From: a virus
Lineage: Duplodnaviria > Caudoviricetes
IMG/VR virus record: IMGVR_UViG_3300032277_000025
Coordinates: 1-39,082 of that record
Strand: one strand, 5' to 3'
Length of the DNA: 39,082 nt
In this document: one piece after another, positions 16,888-26,767 of the stretch
Position numbering within the stretch: position 1 is the first letter of the stretch
Layout of the letters: each line of letters starts with the position of its first letter
Program-made: the position numbers and the translations under genes
The notes under the pieces: generated by a model
The model's database searches: none
Seen by the model: the letters and a program-made list of their open reading frames with translations, nothing else
Told to the model about the DNA's origin: nothing

Positions 16888-18693
16888 ATGGTTATGATTG
16901 CGGTTCGCCGCCCGTGGCAATATAAACCTGATGGACCAGTTGAATTAAACTGGGATGACCCTCTAACCGAGGGTCTGGAGCATTTTTACATCCTCAACGA
17001 AGGTGATGGCCCTCCGTTGGATTTGGTAACAGGCGAGTACCTGACCAACAGTGTTGGATCACCAGGATGGGCGGTTGATGAAGACGGGCCTTATCTTGAC
17101 GGTGATGGCGCTAGCTCGTATTGGGGGGCTATTGACGTACTGCCGTATCCGATCACTATTGCAGGGAGCGCATTCAAGCGCAATAAAGTGGCTGGCTCAA
17201 CTGCTCTGGGTTTAGGGCAGAATGCCAGTGTCGGCGGCCTGTTTATTCTCAATTTCAGGGATTCAGTAGATGATGAGTCCCGCACGTATTGCCGATCCAG
17301 GTCTGGTCAGTCAATTCAATCTGTGCCCAGCATTGGCGCTTATAACGTAAATCAAAATTATACTCTGGCTGCTACGTCAACAAATAGCACCGATCTTCGG
17401 TACTGGGTCGATGGACAGTACCAGGGGCAAAATACCACCGGTCACGGTACAAACCCGACCTGGGACCGCTTGGCATTGATGGGGTTAACCCGCAATACCG
17501 CAGGCGCTGATCATGATGGGGGGCTGCGTTGGGCGGGAGTGTGGAGTCGAGATTTACGGGCAGAAGAGCATGCCGTCCTCCACGAAAACATTAATACAAT
17601 TATTCAGCCTCGCAGAATATTTATTTCGTCAGCCCCGCTGGGGGCGTCCATGTTATTCAGTCAGACCAGTCCAGGCGACACGTCTATCTGTTCGGTCTCT
17701 CCGCTGATCTCCGTCAACCATTCACAGGTATCCTTGGGCGACCTATCATCTGTCGCCCTTTCGCCGGTAATCTCGCTCGACGCTAACCAGGTAGGGTTGG
17801 GCGGGCAGATGTCGGTTGATATTGATTGTCTGGCATCTATTGTTTGCGGGCAGTTAAATCAGGGAGATACATCCTCGGCATTATTTTCCGGGACTGTCTC
17901 GGCGGCAATATCAGCAACACAAATCAGCCAGGGTGACCAGACAGTATCAGAGATAGGTGTGCAGGTTTCTGTTTCTGCCAGCCAGACTGACTCGGGTGAC
18001 GTTACGGCTGCAATACTGTCAGGCACTCTATCAAGCGCATTATCCGCTGCTCAAACATCCAGTGGTGATCAGCAGAATGCGTTAATTGCCACGATCATCA
18101 CTGTAGACACGCAACAGGTAGGTGAGGGTGATTCGTCAGCGTTTAACGTGTCTCCGTTGGCCTCAATACAGTCATCACAACAACAGGATGGTGATGTAAC
18201 CGTATCTAGCGTCACCGGCATACTGGGAACGGCAATATCATCTGCGCAATTATCTCCCGGCGATTTACAGCAAGTTGATTTGCAATCACTATTGTCGATA
18301 GCGGCAAATAGCACATCACCGGGTGATACGCAGGTTGTCATGATCCGGTCAGGCAACGGCGATCAGTCACTAGGGATTATTATCTCATCATCAGGACGAT
18401 GGAGGATGTTCGGAATGTACGAAAAGAAATCTGCGTGCGCTCAGGAGCCATTTAGTATCGACTGGTCTGACCTCTATTCTAGGTTGGGAATCGATGTAGC
18501 AACCAACCCGATCACCTCGTCAGTGTGGACGGTAGAATCGGGCACGGGGGGGCTGGAGTCGATAACATCCGGGGTAACGACCATTATCCTGTCTGGCGGC
18601 GCGCCAGGAGAGGTAATCAAGGCGACAAACAACATCGAAATAAACAATGGCCAATACAGTGATTGTGCAACCATTTATATTCGGGTGTTCTGA
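16888..18693 (+). CDS. Putative fibre: LamG/ConA-like head, QxxxGD repeat shaft, adaptor-like C-terminal domain
   Basis: LRYWVDGQ and GVWSRDLRAEE LamG-like motifs; 11 repeats of 21-23 aa; FSIDWS..ITSSVWTV..LSGG tail. Confidence 0.7.
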   Translation: MVMIAVRRPWQYKPDGPVELNWDDPLTEGLEHFYILNEGDGPPLDLVTGEYLTNSVGSPGWAVDEDGPYLDGDGASSYWGAIDVLPYPITIAGSAFKRNKVAGSTALGLGQNASVGGLFILNFRDSVDDESRTYCRSRSGQSIQSVPSIGAYNVNQNYTLAATSTNSTDLRYWVDGQYQGQNTTGHGTNPTWDRLALMGLTRNTAGADHDGGLRWAGVWSRDLRAEEHAVLHENINTIIQPRRIFISSAPLGASMLFSQTSPGDTSICSVSPLISVNHSQVSLGDLSSVALSPVISLDANQVGLGGQMSVDIDCLASIVCGQLNQGDTSSALFSGTVSAAISATQISQGDQTVSEIGVQVSVSASQTDSGDVTAAILSGTLSSALSAAQTSSGDQQNALIATIITVDTQQVGEGDSSAFNVSPLASIQSSQQQDGDVTVSSVTGILGTAISSAQLSPGDLQQVDLQSLLSIAANSTSPGDTQVVMIRSGNGDQSLGIIISSSGRWRMFGMYEKKSACAQEPFSIDWSDLYSRLGIDVATNPITSSVWTVESGTGGLESITSGVTTIILSGGAPGEVIKATNNIEINNGQYSDCATIYIRVF

Positions 18694-19319
18694 TGGCGGT
18701 AAAAAAGAAAAAGTCGGCAAAGAAAAAGGCTGTAAAAAAAAGAGCGTCGAGAGAAAAGGAGGTCACGTACAAAGACCGGCTTTTTGTCGCATATTATCTT
18801 GATCACCTTAACCCATACAAAGCTGCAATTCAGGCCGGATTTTCTGAAACTGTAGCAAAATCAAAATCATACTCATGGGTTGGTAATAGTAGGTCTAAGC
18901 CTAAGGTTTACGTTCTCGTAAAAGATGCACTTGAAATGCGCCTGAAGAGATTAGGAATAACGGCAGATAGGGTGTCTGTCGAAATCGAGAAGTTGGCATT
19001 CAGCAACTCCAAGGATTTTTATGACGACGAAGGAAATCTTATCCCGCCACACAAACTGCCACGGGATGTTGCCGCAGCAATCACCGAGGTAACGGAAAAA
19101 ATAACCACCATCGATGGCGTGGAGCTCAGAGAGATAAAATATAAAACGGAAAACAAAAAAGGAAACCTTGAGCTCCTTGGAAAGCATCTTGCCATGTTTA
19201 CCGATAAGTCGGAGGTGGTTGTAAAAGACAAAACAGAAGCAGACTTAACCGATGATGAATTAAAGGCAGAGCTCGAGAAGTATGGAATCAAACCAGAGAA
19301 TACTAAATCTACTTCTTGA
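18693..19319 (+). CDS. terS: Terminase small subunit
   Basis: FVAYYL..N...AAIQAGFS, ITADRV..E..KLAFS, LELLGKHLAMF; TGATG coupling. Confidence 0.92.
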   Translation: MAVKKKKSAKKKAVKKRASREKEVTYKDRLFVAYYLDHLNPYKAAIQAGFSETVAKSKSYSWVGNSRSKPKVYVLVKDALEMRLKRLGITADRVSVEIEKLAFSNSKDFYDDEGNLIPPHKLPRDVAAAITEVTEKITTIDGVELREIKYKTENKKGNLELLGKHLAMFTDKSEVVVKDKTEADLTDDELKAELEKYGIKPENTKSTS

Positions 19320-20727
19320 GCAGAAAATAAGAAATGCGCGGGTGGATTTTTATTCGTTCAGGCAGCTAGTAAACCCAAACATGAAAGATGGTTGGTGGCA
19401 GCGTGAGGTCGCTTTTCACTTACAGCAGTTCACAGAGGATTTTTTTTCGGGGTTAAGGCCCGAGCTTATTATTGCTGCGCCGCCACAGCATGGTAAGAGC
19501 ATACAGATTATCGATTTAATTGCATGGATGGCGGGATTGAGCCCTGACCTGAAGACAATATATACCTCGTTTTCAAGCAGGCTAGGCATAAGGGCAAACC
19601 TACGGCTGCAAAGGATTTATGACAGTCAGATATACAAGAGGATTTTTCCTGAGTTAATAATAAACTCTCCTGGTAGTCATAAAACGCACGGTTCTTTTTT
19701 AAGGAACGCAGAGGCTATTGAGTATGTTGGGCATGAGGGGGGCTTTAGAAACACAACGGTTGGGGGGTCTATAACAGGTGAATCTCTTGATATTGGTATT
19801 ATTGACGATCCGATCAAAGGCCGCAAAGAAGCCAACTCGATAATTGTCAGAAATAGCGCTTGGGACTGGCTTAATGATGATTTTTTCACCCGGTTTTCGG
19901 AGACTGCTGGTTTTTTATCGATACTCACTCGCTGGCATGTTGATGATCCAATAGGCAGGATGATGGCTAACAATCCAGATATTAAATATCTGGTTTATCC
20001 GGCAATAGCAGAAAACGGTGAGAACGGCCGGAAGGATGGAGAGCCGTTATTCCCAGAGCATAAGAGCTTGGAGTTCCTGAACATACGAAAGGGCAGAATG
20101 GCTACTCATAGCTGGTTGAGCCTATACCAGCAAAGGCCGAAAATTATCGGTGGCAATATAATTAAAGGTAGCTGGTTCGGCAGATATCGACAGTTGCCAA
20201 AGATAAAATACCGGGCAATTTTTGGTGATACCGCACAAAAGAAAAAAGAGGCAAATGATTATCAGGTTGCTGAGTGCTACGGTCTCGGTGATGATGGAAA
20301 GCTGTATTTGATCGATGTTTTGAGGGAGAAATTCGAGGCTTATGAGCTTGAAAAACGTTTCCCGGATTTCTGGAACAAGCACAAAGCCGACCGGTCGTCA
20401 CCATTAAGATTTTTTGGCATAGAGGACAAAAGCAGCGGAACGGAGCTGATTCAGAAGATGAAAAAAACCATCATCCCTCGAATACCGGTCAAGGCTATCC
20501 CTCGGAATATTGACAAATTTACGAGAGTTAGTGACGTTTCCGGCTACATAGAGTCTGGCCACGTCATGCTGCCAGAGAACGCCCCATGGGTGGCTGATTT
20601 TATCAAGGAGTGCGAGGCGTTTACCGCAGACGATGCGCATGATTATGATGATCAAATAGACCCGATGTGTGACGCAATATCTCACATGCTACATTCATCC
20701 AAACCATCATTGGCAGATATTTTATGA
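19282..20727 (+). CDS. terL: Terminase large subunit
   Basis: PPQHGKS Walker A, IIDDPIK Walker B, TRWHVDD, LYQQRP, nuclease DTA, IEDKSSG, HDYDDQID. Confidence 0.97.
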   Translation: MESNQRILNLLLEQKIRNARVDFYSFRQLVNPNMKDGWWQREVAFHLQQFTEDFFSGLRPELIIAAPPQHGKSIQIIDLIAWMAGLSPDLKTIYTSFSSRLGIRANLRLQRIYDSQIYKRIFPELIINSPGSHKTHGSFLRNAEAIEYVGHEGGFRNTTVGGSITGESLDIGIIDDPIKGRKEANSIIVRNSAWDWLNDDFFTRFSETAGFLSILTRWHVDDPIGRMMANNPDIKYLVYPAIAENGENGRKDGEPLFPEHKSLEFLNIRKGRMATHSWLSLYQQRPKIIGGNIIKGSWFGRYRQLPKIKYRAIFGDTAQKKKEANDYQVAECYGLGDDGKLYLIDVLREKFEAYELEKRFPDFWNKHKADRSSPLRFFGIEDKSSGTELIQKMKKTIIPRIPVKAIPRNIDKFTRVSDVSGYIESGHVMLPENAPWVADFIKECEAFTADDAHDYDDQIDPMCDAISHMLHSSKPSLADIL

Positions 20728-21998
20728 AAGATAAAAAACAAACATCCGAAGCGGCCGACGGACTTGAGAATGTCGTATCAGGGCTTGGTACCAGCAAATC
20801 CAAGCGCGCGCATAACAGGTTCACGCTGGAAAATTTTACGGCGAATTGGTCGGAAATGGATGCCGCGTATCAAACAAACTGGGTTGTGCGTCGCATTTGT
20901 GATGTACCGCCTGAGGACATGGTTCGTGAGTGGCGTGACATAAAATCATCAGCATCAGAAGAAATTGAGTCCGAGGAAACGCGCGTAGGACTCAAGCAAA
21001 GCTGCATGGAGGCCATGACCTGGGCGCGACTTCACGGTGGTGCAGCTGTGTTAATGATCACCAATCAAGACCTATCAAAACCGCTAAATGTGAATAAAAT
21101 AAAAAAAGGTGGACTTGAAAAATTACTGGTTTTTGACCGGTGGGAGCTTGGAGCAACAACAGCAAATACCACAAACCCTCTGTCAAACAATTACCTACTA
21201 CCGGAAAAATATACAGTGTCAGGCGGAGGGCAGGAAATACACTGGTCTCATTTTGCTAGATTCATCGGTGCCCGGTTGCCGCGCAGGCTGATGGCGATGA
21301 CCCAGGGATGGGGTGATAGCGAGGTGCGAAAATGCCTGCAAGACATCAAAGACGTAGTGTCATCCAAAGATGGAATTGCGGAGCTTATGCAGGAGGCCAA
21401 CATCGATGTCATCAACCGGACGGGATTGTCTGAGGAGCTTGCCAGCGACCAAGACGATGCCATAAAAAAACGATACGAGCTATTTTCCGCAATGAAATCC
21501 ATTGTCAATATGGCTCTGCTGGATGAGGGAGAGGTTCTAACTAGAAATACACTTTCTCTTTCTGGCGTCGCTCCGGTGCTCGAAAACCTGATGATATGGC
21601 TGTCTGGTTGTGTTGGTATCCCAGCAACAAAACTGTTCGGCATGGCTCCTGCCGGACTTAATGCTACCGGTGAGGGAGACCTTACGAACTACTACGATTC
21701 AATCACGGCAAACCGAGGGAGCGCGCTAGATAAACCATTGTCGTGCATCGACGAAGTGATGGTCAGGTCCGCCATCGGAAATATGCCCGATGATTATGAT
21801 TATATCTGGAACCCGTTAAAAACACCCAATGTCATGGAGACATCACAGGCTCAATTGGTCAACGCCCAGCGAGATAGAATTTATTTAGAGGATGGCATTA
21901 TCGGCGAACAGCAGATTAGGCAAACACTGCAGTCCGGAGAGGTTTATCAGTTTGGCGACGGCCTAAGCATAGGTGATGGAATTGGCTCTCTCGATTAA
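20724..21998 (+). CDS. Portal protein (DUF1073/HI1409 type)
   Basis: DGLENVVSGLG, WARLHGG, IPATKLFGMAPAGLNATGEGDLTNYYD; follows terL. Confidence 0.92.
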   Translation: MKDKKQTSEAADGLENVVSGLGTSKSKRAHNRFTLENFTANWSEMDAAYQTNWVVRRICDVPPEDMVREWRDIKSSASEEIESEETRVGLKQSCMEAMTWARLHGGAAVLMITNQDLSKPLNVNKIKKGGLEKLLVFDRWELGATTANTTNPLSNNYLLPEKYTVSGGGQEIHWSHFARFIGARLPRRLMAMTQGWGDSEVRKCLQDIKDVVSSKDGIAELMQEANIDVINRTGLSEELASDQDDAIKKRYELFSAMKSIVNMALLDEGEVLTRNTLSLSGVAPVLENLMIWLSGCVGIPATKLFGMAPAGLNATGEGDLTNYYDSITANRGSALDKPLSCIDEVMVRSAIGNMPDDYDYIWNPLKTPNVMETSQAQLVNAQRDRIYLEDGIIGEQQIRQTLQSGEVYQFGDGLSIGDGIGSLD

Positions 21999-22851
21999 AG
22001 AGCTGCGACAAGAGCAGTTGGATAACGCGCTGAAGGGGTCTTCGCGTCCGCGTGCTGTTACGCCATCGTATGCGGCTGGCGTGTCGTATAATGCCAAGCT
22101 GCAAAAAATGTTAGTTGAATTACGCAAAGACCTTAACCGGGAATTGCTGCCCGCCATAAAACTAATGGAGCCGCAGTACTCGGCAGACGGATGGAGTGAT
22201 GCGATTGCCAGGGTATTCCGCGAGCTGGCATCAAAATGGATTGGCGACCGGTTTGTGTTGTGGGCGGAGCATCAGGCGAATGCATTTGTTCAGCAGGCCA
22301 TGGCCATCGGTCGGCGTAAATTCGCCCGGTCTGCTCCGGGTATCGGCGTGAATCTGTATGGCGAAACACCGGATATCAATGATTACATTGAGGCGTCAAC
22401 AAAGGCAAACGTTAGCCTGATACGGTCCATTCCAGCGCAGCATTTGGCGCAGGTAGAGGCCATGGTAATGAGCCAGATGCGATCCGGCGTACGGTCTGGC
22501 GCCATAGCAGGGCAGTTGGTCGATAAATTCCAAACAACAAAAGCCAGGGCAAAATTTATTGCACGGGATCAGACCTCAAAAATAAATGCTGACATAACCA
22601 AAAAAAGGCAATTAAACGCCGGGTTTGAGTATTTCCAGTGGATCGATTCTGATGATGAGAAAGTGCGAGACCGGCACGACTACTTGGCAAAGAGGGATGT
22701 TGGGTATGGCCCAGGTGTTTACCGGTGGGATGATCTGCCTGTGAGTGATTCAGGGCAAAAAATTTCCCCCGGAATGGACTATCAGTGTCGGTGTACTGCC
22801 AAGCCAATGACGCAACGGATGGTTGATGCACTGATCATAAAATCAGCTTAG
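21976..22851 (+). CDS. Head morphogenesis protein (SPP1 gp7/Mu gpF family)
   Basis: RAKFIARDQTSK, W..S.DEKVRDRH, PGMDYQCRC. Confidence 0.93.
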   Translation: MELALSIKELRQEQLDNALKGSSRPRAVTPSYAAGVSYNAKLQKMLVELRKDLNRELLPAIKLMEPQYSADGWSDAIARVFRELASKWIGDRFVLWAEHQANAFVQQAMAIGRRKFARSAPGIGVNLYGETPDINDYIEASTKANVSLIRSIPAQHLAQVEAMVMSQMRSGVRSGAIAGQLVDKFQTTKARAKFIARDQTSKINADITKKRQLNAGFEYFQWIDSDDEKVRDRHDYLAKRDVGYGPGVYRWDDLPVSDSGQKISPGMDYQCRCTAKPMTQRMVDALIIKSA

Positions 22852-22884
22852 ACCGTATTTATTTAAATTAGAATATCAGTATAT

Positions 22885-22913
22885 TTGACTATTCTTACAT
22901 TGATGCATATCAT
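22885..22913 (+). promoter_or_regulatory. Sigma70-like promoter upstream of capsid genes
   Basis: TTGACT-17-TATCAT in a 96-bp AT-rich gap. Confidence 0.55.
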
Positions 22914-22947
22914 CTTACCTGATGAGGCCAAAAACGAATAATAAGAG

Positions 22948-24105
22948 GTGTCTGCGCGTGTGAGACTAACACTGAATGACAGGGCGTCGTACAAACCGAC
23001 ATCCCGAGAATACACGCCAGAGGGCTATCTTCGCGTGCCTGGGCGCGTAGCCAGGGCGGGCATACAGCAATATCTAGCTCGTGATTTAGGCATTACTGAT
23101 CGCAACCCGGCTGACGTGATTAATGTTTACCGGCCACCCAGCGAGGTGTTTTCGGGAGACTCGATGGCCACGTATACAGACGTGGATGTCGTAAACGATC
23201 ACCCGGAAGAAATGGTTAATTCTGAGTCATTTGCTCGCGTTTCAGTTGGTCATGTTTCTGGCCCTGCAACCAGAGATGGTGATTTTATATTGGCCAATCT
23301 GGTCATCAAGGACAAATCGGCCATTGCGGCAGTTGAGTCCGGGAAAGCCGAACTTTCCGCTGGTTACGAGGCGGAGTACGAGCACTCACCAGGGGTCACT
23401 GAAGATGGCGAGAAATACGAATACCTGCAGCGCGACATCAAAATCAATCACGTTGCATTAGTTGATAAAGCCCGTGCTGGACAAAGAGCACGATTATTTG
23501 ACAATAAACCGGAGGGTGAAATGCCTCAAATTACACTGGATGGCCGAACAGTAGAGGTTGCAGATTCCTCAACGGCCACGTTGATCACGGATATCTTTGA
23601 TCGTAAGAACAAAGAAATCGCCACTTTAACTGCCGACATGTCCGAAATGGAAAAGAAGCGCGACAAGGCGCAGGCTGAAAAAGACATGGCAGAAGAAGAG
23701 CTGGAAAAAAAGAAAAAAGAATCCAGTGACGCTGCTATTTCCGAACGGCTATCCGAGGTTGTTAAGGTCGTTAATGACTCAAAGCGCGTTGCCGGTGCTG
23801 ACTTTACGCACGATGGTGTTGATGTCATGTCCATTAAGCGCGCCGCCATGGCAAAGGTGCGTGACTCTGTTGACTGGCCCAACAAATCGGATGCCTATGT
23901 CAGCGCCTCTTTTGATATGGCTATGGAGGCCAAAGAAAAAGAATCGGAAGACGAGGACGAAGAAAAGAAGAAAGCCAAAGATTCGTTGTCCGGCCTTGCC
24001 AATGACATGGATGTTGGTGGTAAAAAGAGCGAAAAACCCACACCGAAACAGGCGTTCTCTGACGGCATTACCAACGGCTGGAAAAAAACAGTAGGGGAGG
24101 ATTGA
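22948..24105 (+). CDS. DUF2213 prohead protease/scaffold
   Basis: TPEGYL, ARAGIQQY, ELSAGY, NHVALVDKARAG; charged C-terminal scaffold. Confidence 0.9.
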   Translation: MSARVRLTLNDRASYKPTSREYTPEGYLRVPGRVARAGIQQYLARDLGITDRNPADVINVYRPPSEVFSGDSMATYTDVDVVNDHPEEMVNSESFARVSVGHVSGPATRDGDFILANLVIKDKSAIAAVESGKAELSAGYEAEYEHSPGVTEDGEKYEYLQRDIKINHVALVDKARAGQRARLFDNKPEGEMPQITLDGRTVEVADSSTATLITDIFDRKNKEIATLTADMSEMEKKRDKAQAEKDMAEEELEKKKKESSDAAISERLSEVVKVVNDSKRVAGADFTHDGVDVMSIKRAAMAKVRDSVDWPNKSDAYVSASFDMAMEAKEKESEDEDEEKKKAKDSLSGLANDMDVGGKKSEKPTPKQAFSDGITNGWKKTVGED

Positions 24106-24107
24106 TA

Positions 24108-24572
24108 ATGTCTGTACAGACCAATTATTCGCTGGAGCATAACGAAGCGTACCAGGGTCAGGTTGCTGATTTGCAGCTAGCAAACACCATTTCGAAACTG
24201 AACAAATCAGGCGCAAACATCCCGTTTGGTTATGGCGTTGTTCGCGACGGTGATGATGCCGCTATGTTGGCTGGCGCTGTGTTTACTGCCGATCAGATTG
24301 TTGGCATTTCCGTCCGCGAATTAAATCATGCCTACGCCGACGCCGAGGTGGTGGGGGCTAAAGACAAGCGTGACTTTACTGTTATGACTTTAGGCTCTAT
24401 CTGGGTAACTGCGGTAAACGCTGTTGTGCCGGGTGATGATGTTTTTATCGGTCAGGATGGCACGATCCGCAATGTCAATACTGGCGGTGCGGTACAGATG
24501 CCGAATGCAAAATTCACCACGACGGCTACGGCGGGTAATTTAGCTAAAATTTCAATCGTGGTTGGAGGTTAA
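24108..24572 (+). CDS. Capsid decoration/cement protein
   Basis: IPFGYGVV, VMTLGSIWV; lies between scaffold and MCP. Confidence 0.8.
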   Translation: MSVQTNYSLEHNEAYQGQVADLQLANTISKLNKSGANIPFGYGVVRDGDDAAMLAGAVFTADQIVGISVRELNHAYADAEVVGAKDKRDFTVMTLGSIWVTAVNAVVPGDDVFIGQDGTIRNVNTGGAVQMPNAKFTTTATAGNLAKISIVVGG

Positions 24573-24576
24573 GAGT

Positions 24577-25542
24577 ATGACGATTCGGATCATAACTACT
24601 GATAGCGGTCAGGCTTATACATTTGACGATGCTATCCCTACTATTGACGACGGACTGGCATTTTATCTGTCGCAATTGAGTGTTAACGAAGCAAAAATTT
24701 ATCAGGCAAAATACCGTAACATTGTTTATCAGGAGTTTGTCCCGGTAGACACGAGTGATCCTGAGTGGGTAGATGAGGTGACGTACATCTCATACGATGC
24801 CGTTACTGTCGGCAAATTCGTTGGTGCGAATGCTCGCGACTTGCCGCAGAGCGACATTAACGCCAAGAAATCAAGCATCCCTGTTGGGTACGCTGGAAAC
24901 AGTTACTCGTATAGCCTGGATGAGTTGCGCAAGTCTCAGGCTCTCAACATTCCTTTAGACACGGCCAAGGCATCTATGTCTCTGCGTGGATTTCAAGAGC
25001 ATTGTCAGCGCCTAGCGTTCCGGGGTGACGCTGATCGTGGCATGACAGGCCTGTTTAACAATCCAAACGTTCAGCTATCTGCATCAGTACTCAACTGGGA
25101 TACGGCTAACGGGCCACAAATCATTGCGGACGCTAACGCTGCGTTGATTGAAGTTTGGCAAAACAGCGCCGAAACTCATCTGCCAAACGTGTTGGCGCTA
25201 CCTTCCGACCGGTGGGCAACGCTTTCCGAAACCCGAATGGAGGCGGGTACTGATACGACCGTTCTGGAGTTTCTGAAAAAGAACAATTTATACACCGCCT
25301 ACACCGGTCAACCGCTGACTATTAAGCCCAACTTTGAGCTTAAAACGGCAGGTGCCGGTGGAACGGCTCGCATCATGGCTTATGAGCTCAATGACGAAAA
25401 CCTCGTTATGAAAATGCCCATGGCATGGCGATCCCTCGCTCCGCAGCCTCAGGGTTTGCAGATTGAGGTTCCTGCCGAATACAAGGTGGGTGGTGTCGAG
25501 TTCCGTTATCCCGGTTCTGCCGCGTATCGCGATTTAGTTTAA
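24577..25542 (+). CDS. Major capsid protein (DUF2184, HK97 fold)
   Basis: YSLDEL, GLFNNPNV, GGVEFRYP; synteny. Confidence 0.92.
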   Translation: MTIRIITTDSGQAYTFDDAIPTIDDGLAFYLSQLSVNEAKIYQAKYRNIVYQEFVPVDTSDPEWVDEVTYISYDAVTVGKFVGANARDLPQSDINAKKSSIPVGYAGNSYSYSLDELRKSQALNIPLDTAKASMSLRGFQEHCQRLAFRGDADRGMTGLFNNPNVQLSASVLNWDTANGPQIIADANAALIEVWQNSAETHLPNVLALPSDRWATLSETRMEAGTDTTVLEFLKKNNLYTAYTGQPLTIKPNFELKTAGAGGTARIMAYELNDENLVMKMPMAWRSLAPQPQGLQIEVPAEYKVGGVEFRYPGSAAYRDLV

Positions 25543-25555
25543 GAGGGAAAGCATA

Positions 25556-25864
25556 ATGAAATCGTTAATCAATAAATGCGCTCGACTGATCACACTTGAA
25601 GAATTAGTCGAAGGTAAAAAGAGAACCTATCAATTCATGCCAGCCGGTCAGGCTGTCCCAGTTACTGACTCGGTTGCATCTGCCCCGTACACAAAGGCAT
25701 TAATCGATGATGGCAGCTTGTCTTTTGTTGATGGTGATGCCTCCAGTCCTGATGATGACCTCTCTGATCTAAAGGCCCAGGCCGAAGACCTCGGCATCAC
25801 TGTTGACAAGCGCTGGGGCAAAGACCGTCTCTCAGATGAGATTGAAAAAGCACTGGAAAAATAG
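25556..25864 (+). CDS. Hypothetical protein with HeH/Rho-N-like C-terminus
   Basis: LKAQAEDLGITVDKRWGKDRL. Confidence 0.75.
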   Translation: MKSLINKCARLITLEELVEGKKRTYQFMPAGQAVPVTDSVASAPYTKALIDDGSLSFVDGDASSPDDDLSDLKAQAEDLGITVDKRWGKDRLSDEIEKALEK

Positions 25865-25871
25865 ATAAGCC

Positions 25872-26285
25872 ATGGAAATCTCGCCTGACGTTATAGAATC
25901 GTTTAGGGGTGTTCACCATGCGTTTATTAGCGAATCAGTTTGGCCCAGTAGTGTCATCGAGAGCCATTTGTGTGACGCAGACGCAGAGACTGGTGGCTCT
26001 GGATGGGGAGCCTACGAGGATGTGTGCGGCAACTTTAAGCAGAGAGGGATGTTTATTTTTGCCGCGCACAGTTTGCTTTCTCAGTACCCTAACGGTGCTT
26101 GCGTTAATCAGATTGATGTCGGGGCAAAACATCCGGTAGCGTCTAAATCGGTAGGCGATGAATCTGTATCGTTTGCAGTGGTGGCGCAAACGCAATCGGG
26201 TGATGCGTGGCTATCGTCTACATCGTACGGCCAGCAGTTTATGCGCCTACGCAGGCGCGCGGGAATGGGAGCTGTTGCGCTGTGA
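25872..26285 (+). CDS. Head-tail adaptor (DUF4054)
   Basis: AAHSL, SKSVGDESVSF, STSYGQQFMRL. Confidence 0.88.
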   Translation: MEISPDVIESFRGVHHAFISESVWPSSVIESHLCDADAETGGSGWGAYEDVCGNFKQRGMFIFAAHSLLSQYPNGACVNQIDVGAKHPVASKSVGDESVSFAVVAQTQSGDAWLSSTSYGQQFMRLRRRAGMGAVAL

Positions 26286-26767
26286 TCTTCACGCGGTTTT
26301 TCGGCGAAAGAAAACTGAAGCAGGCGCTGAAAAAAGAGGTTGATAACCTGAAGAAAATGTCAACCAATGTACTGGTTGGATACCCAGAAACATCAGGGGA
26401 TTATGACGATGGAACGTCTGTTGTCATGGTTGCCGCAGCGCATGAATTTGGTACGGATACGATACCCAAAAGGCCAACACTCAAAAAAGGTGTTGATGCA
26501 GCCAGGGAGGATATCAATGATTTTATCAGCGATGAGGCAGCGAAAGTCGTTAGTGGCGATGCGTCTCCAGCAAGCGTTATGGATGGTGTAGGGGCTATAG
26601 CTGTGGCATCAGTGCAACAGGCAATTGTTGATCTGAAATCCCCGCCAAACGCCCCGGCAACAATACGGGCCAAGAAAGGCAAAACTAATCCGCTCGTTAA
26701 TGATGGCGAAATGAAAGGCTCGGTTACATTTATCGTCAGTAAAGACAATCCTACAGAGGGATTATGA
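26282..26767 (+). CDS. Neck/tail-completion protein
   Basis: GTGA-coupled start; HEFGT..IPKRP, PPNAPATI..K...PLVNDG. Confidence 0.82.
   Translation: MIFTRFFGERKLKQALKKEVDNLKKMSTNVLVGYPETSGDYDDGTSVVMVAAAHEFGTDTIPKRPTLKKGVDAAREDINDFISDEAAKVVSGDASPASVMDGVGAIAVASVQQAIVDLKSPPNAPATIRAKKGKTNPLVNDGEMKGSVTFIVSKDNPTEGL

Noticed and set aside
20724-21998. Anti-CBASS Acb1 label sometimes attached to this family
   Set aside because: Size, motifs and position indicate a plain portal; no HxT phosphodiesterase domain seen
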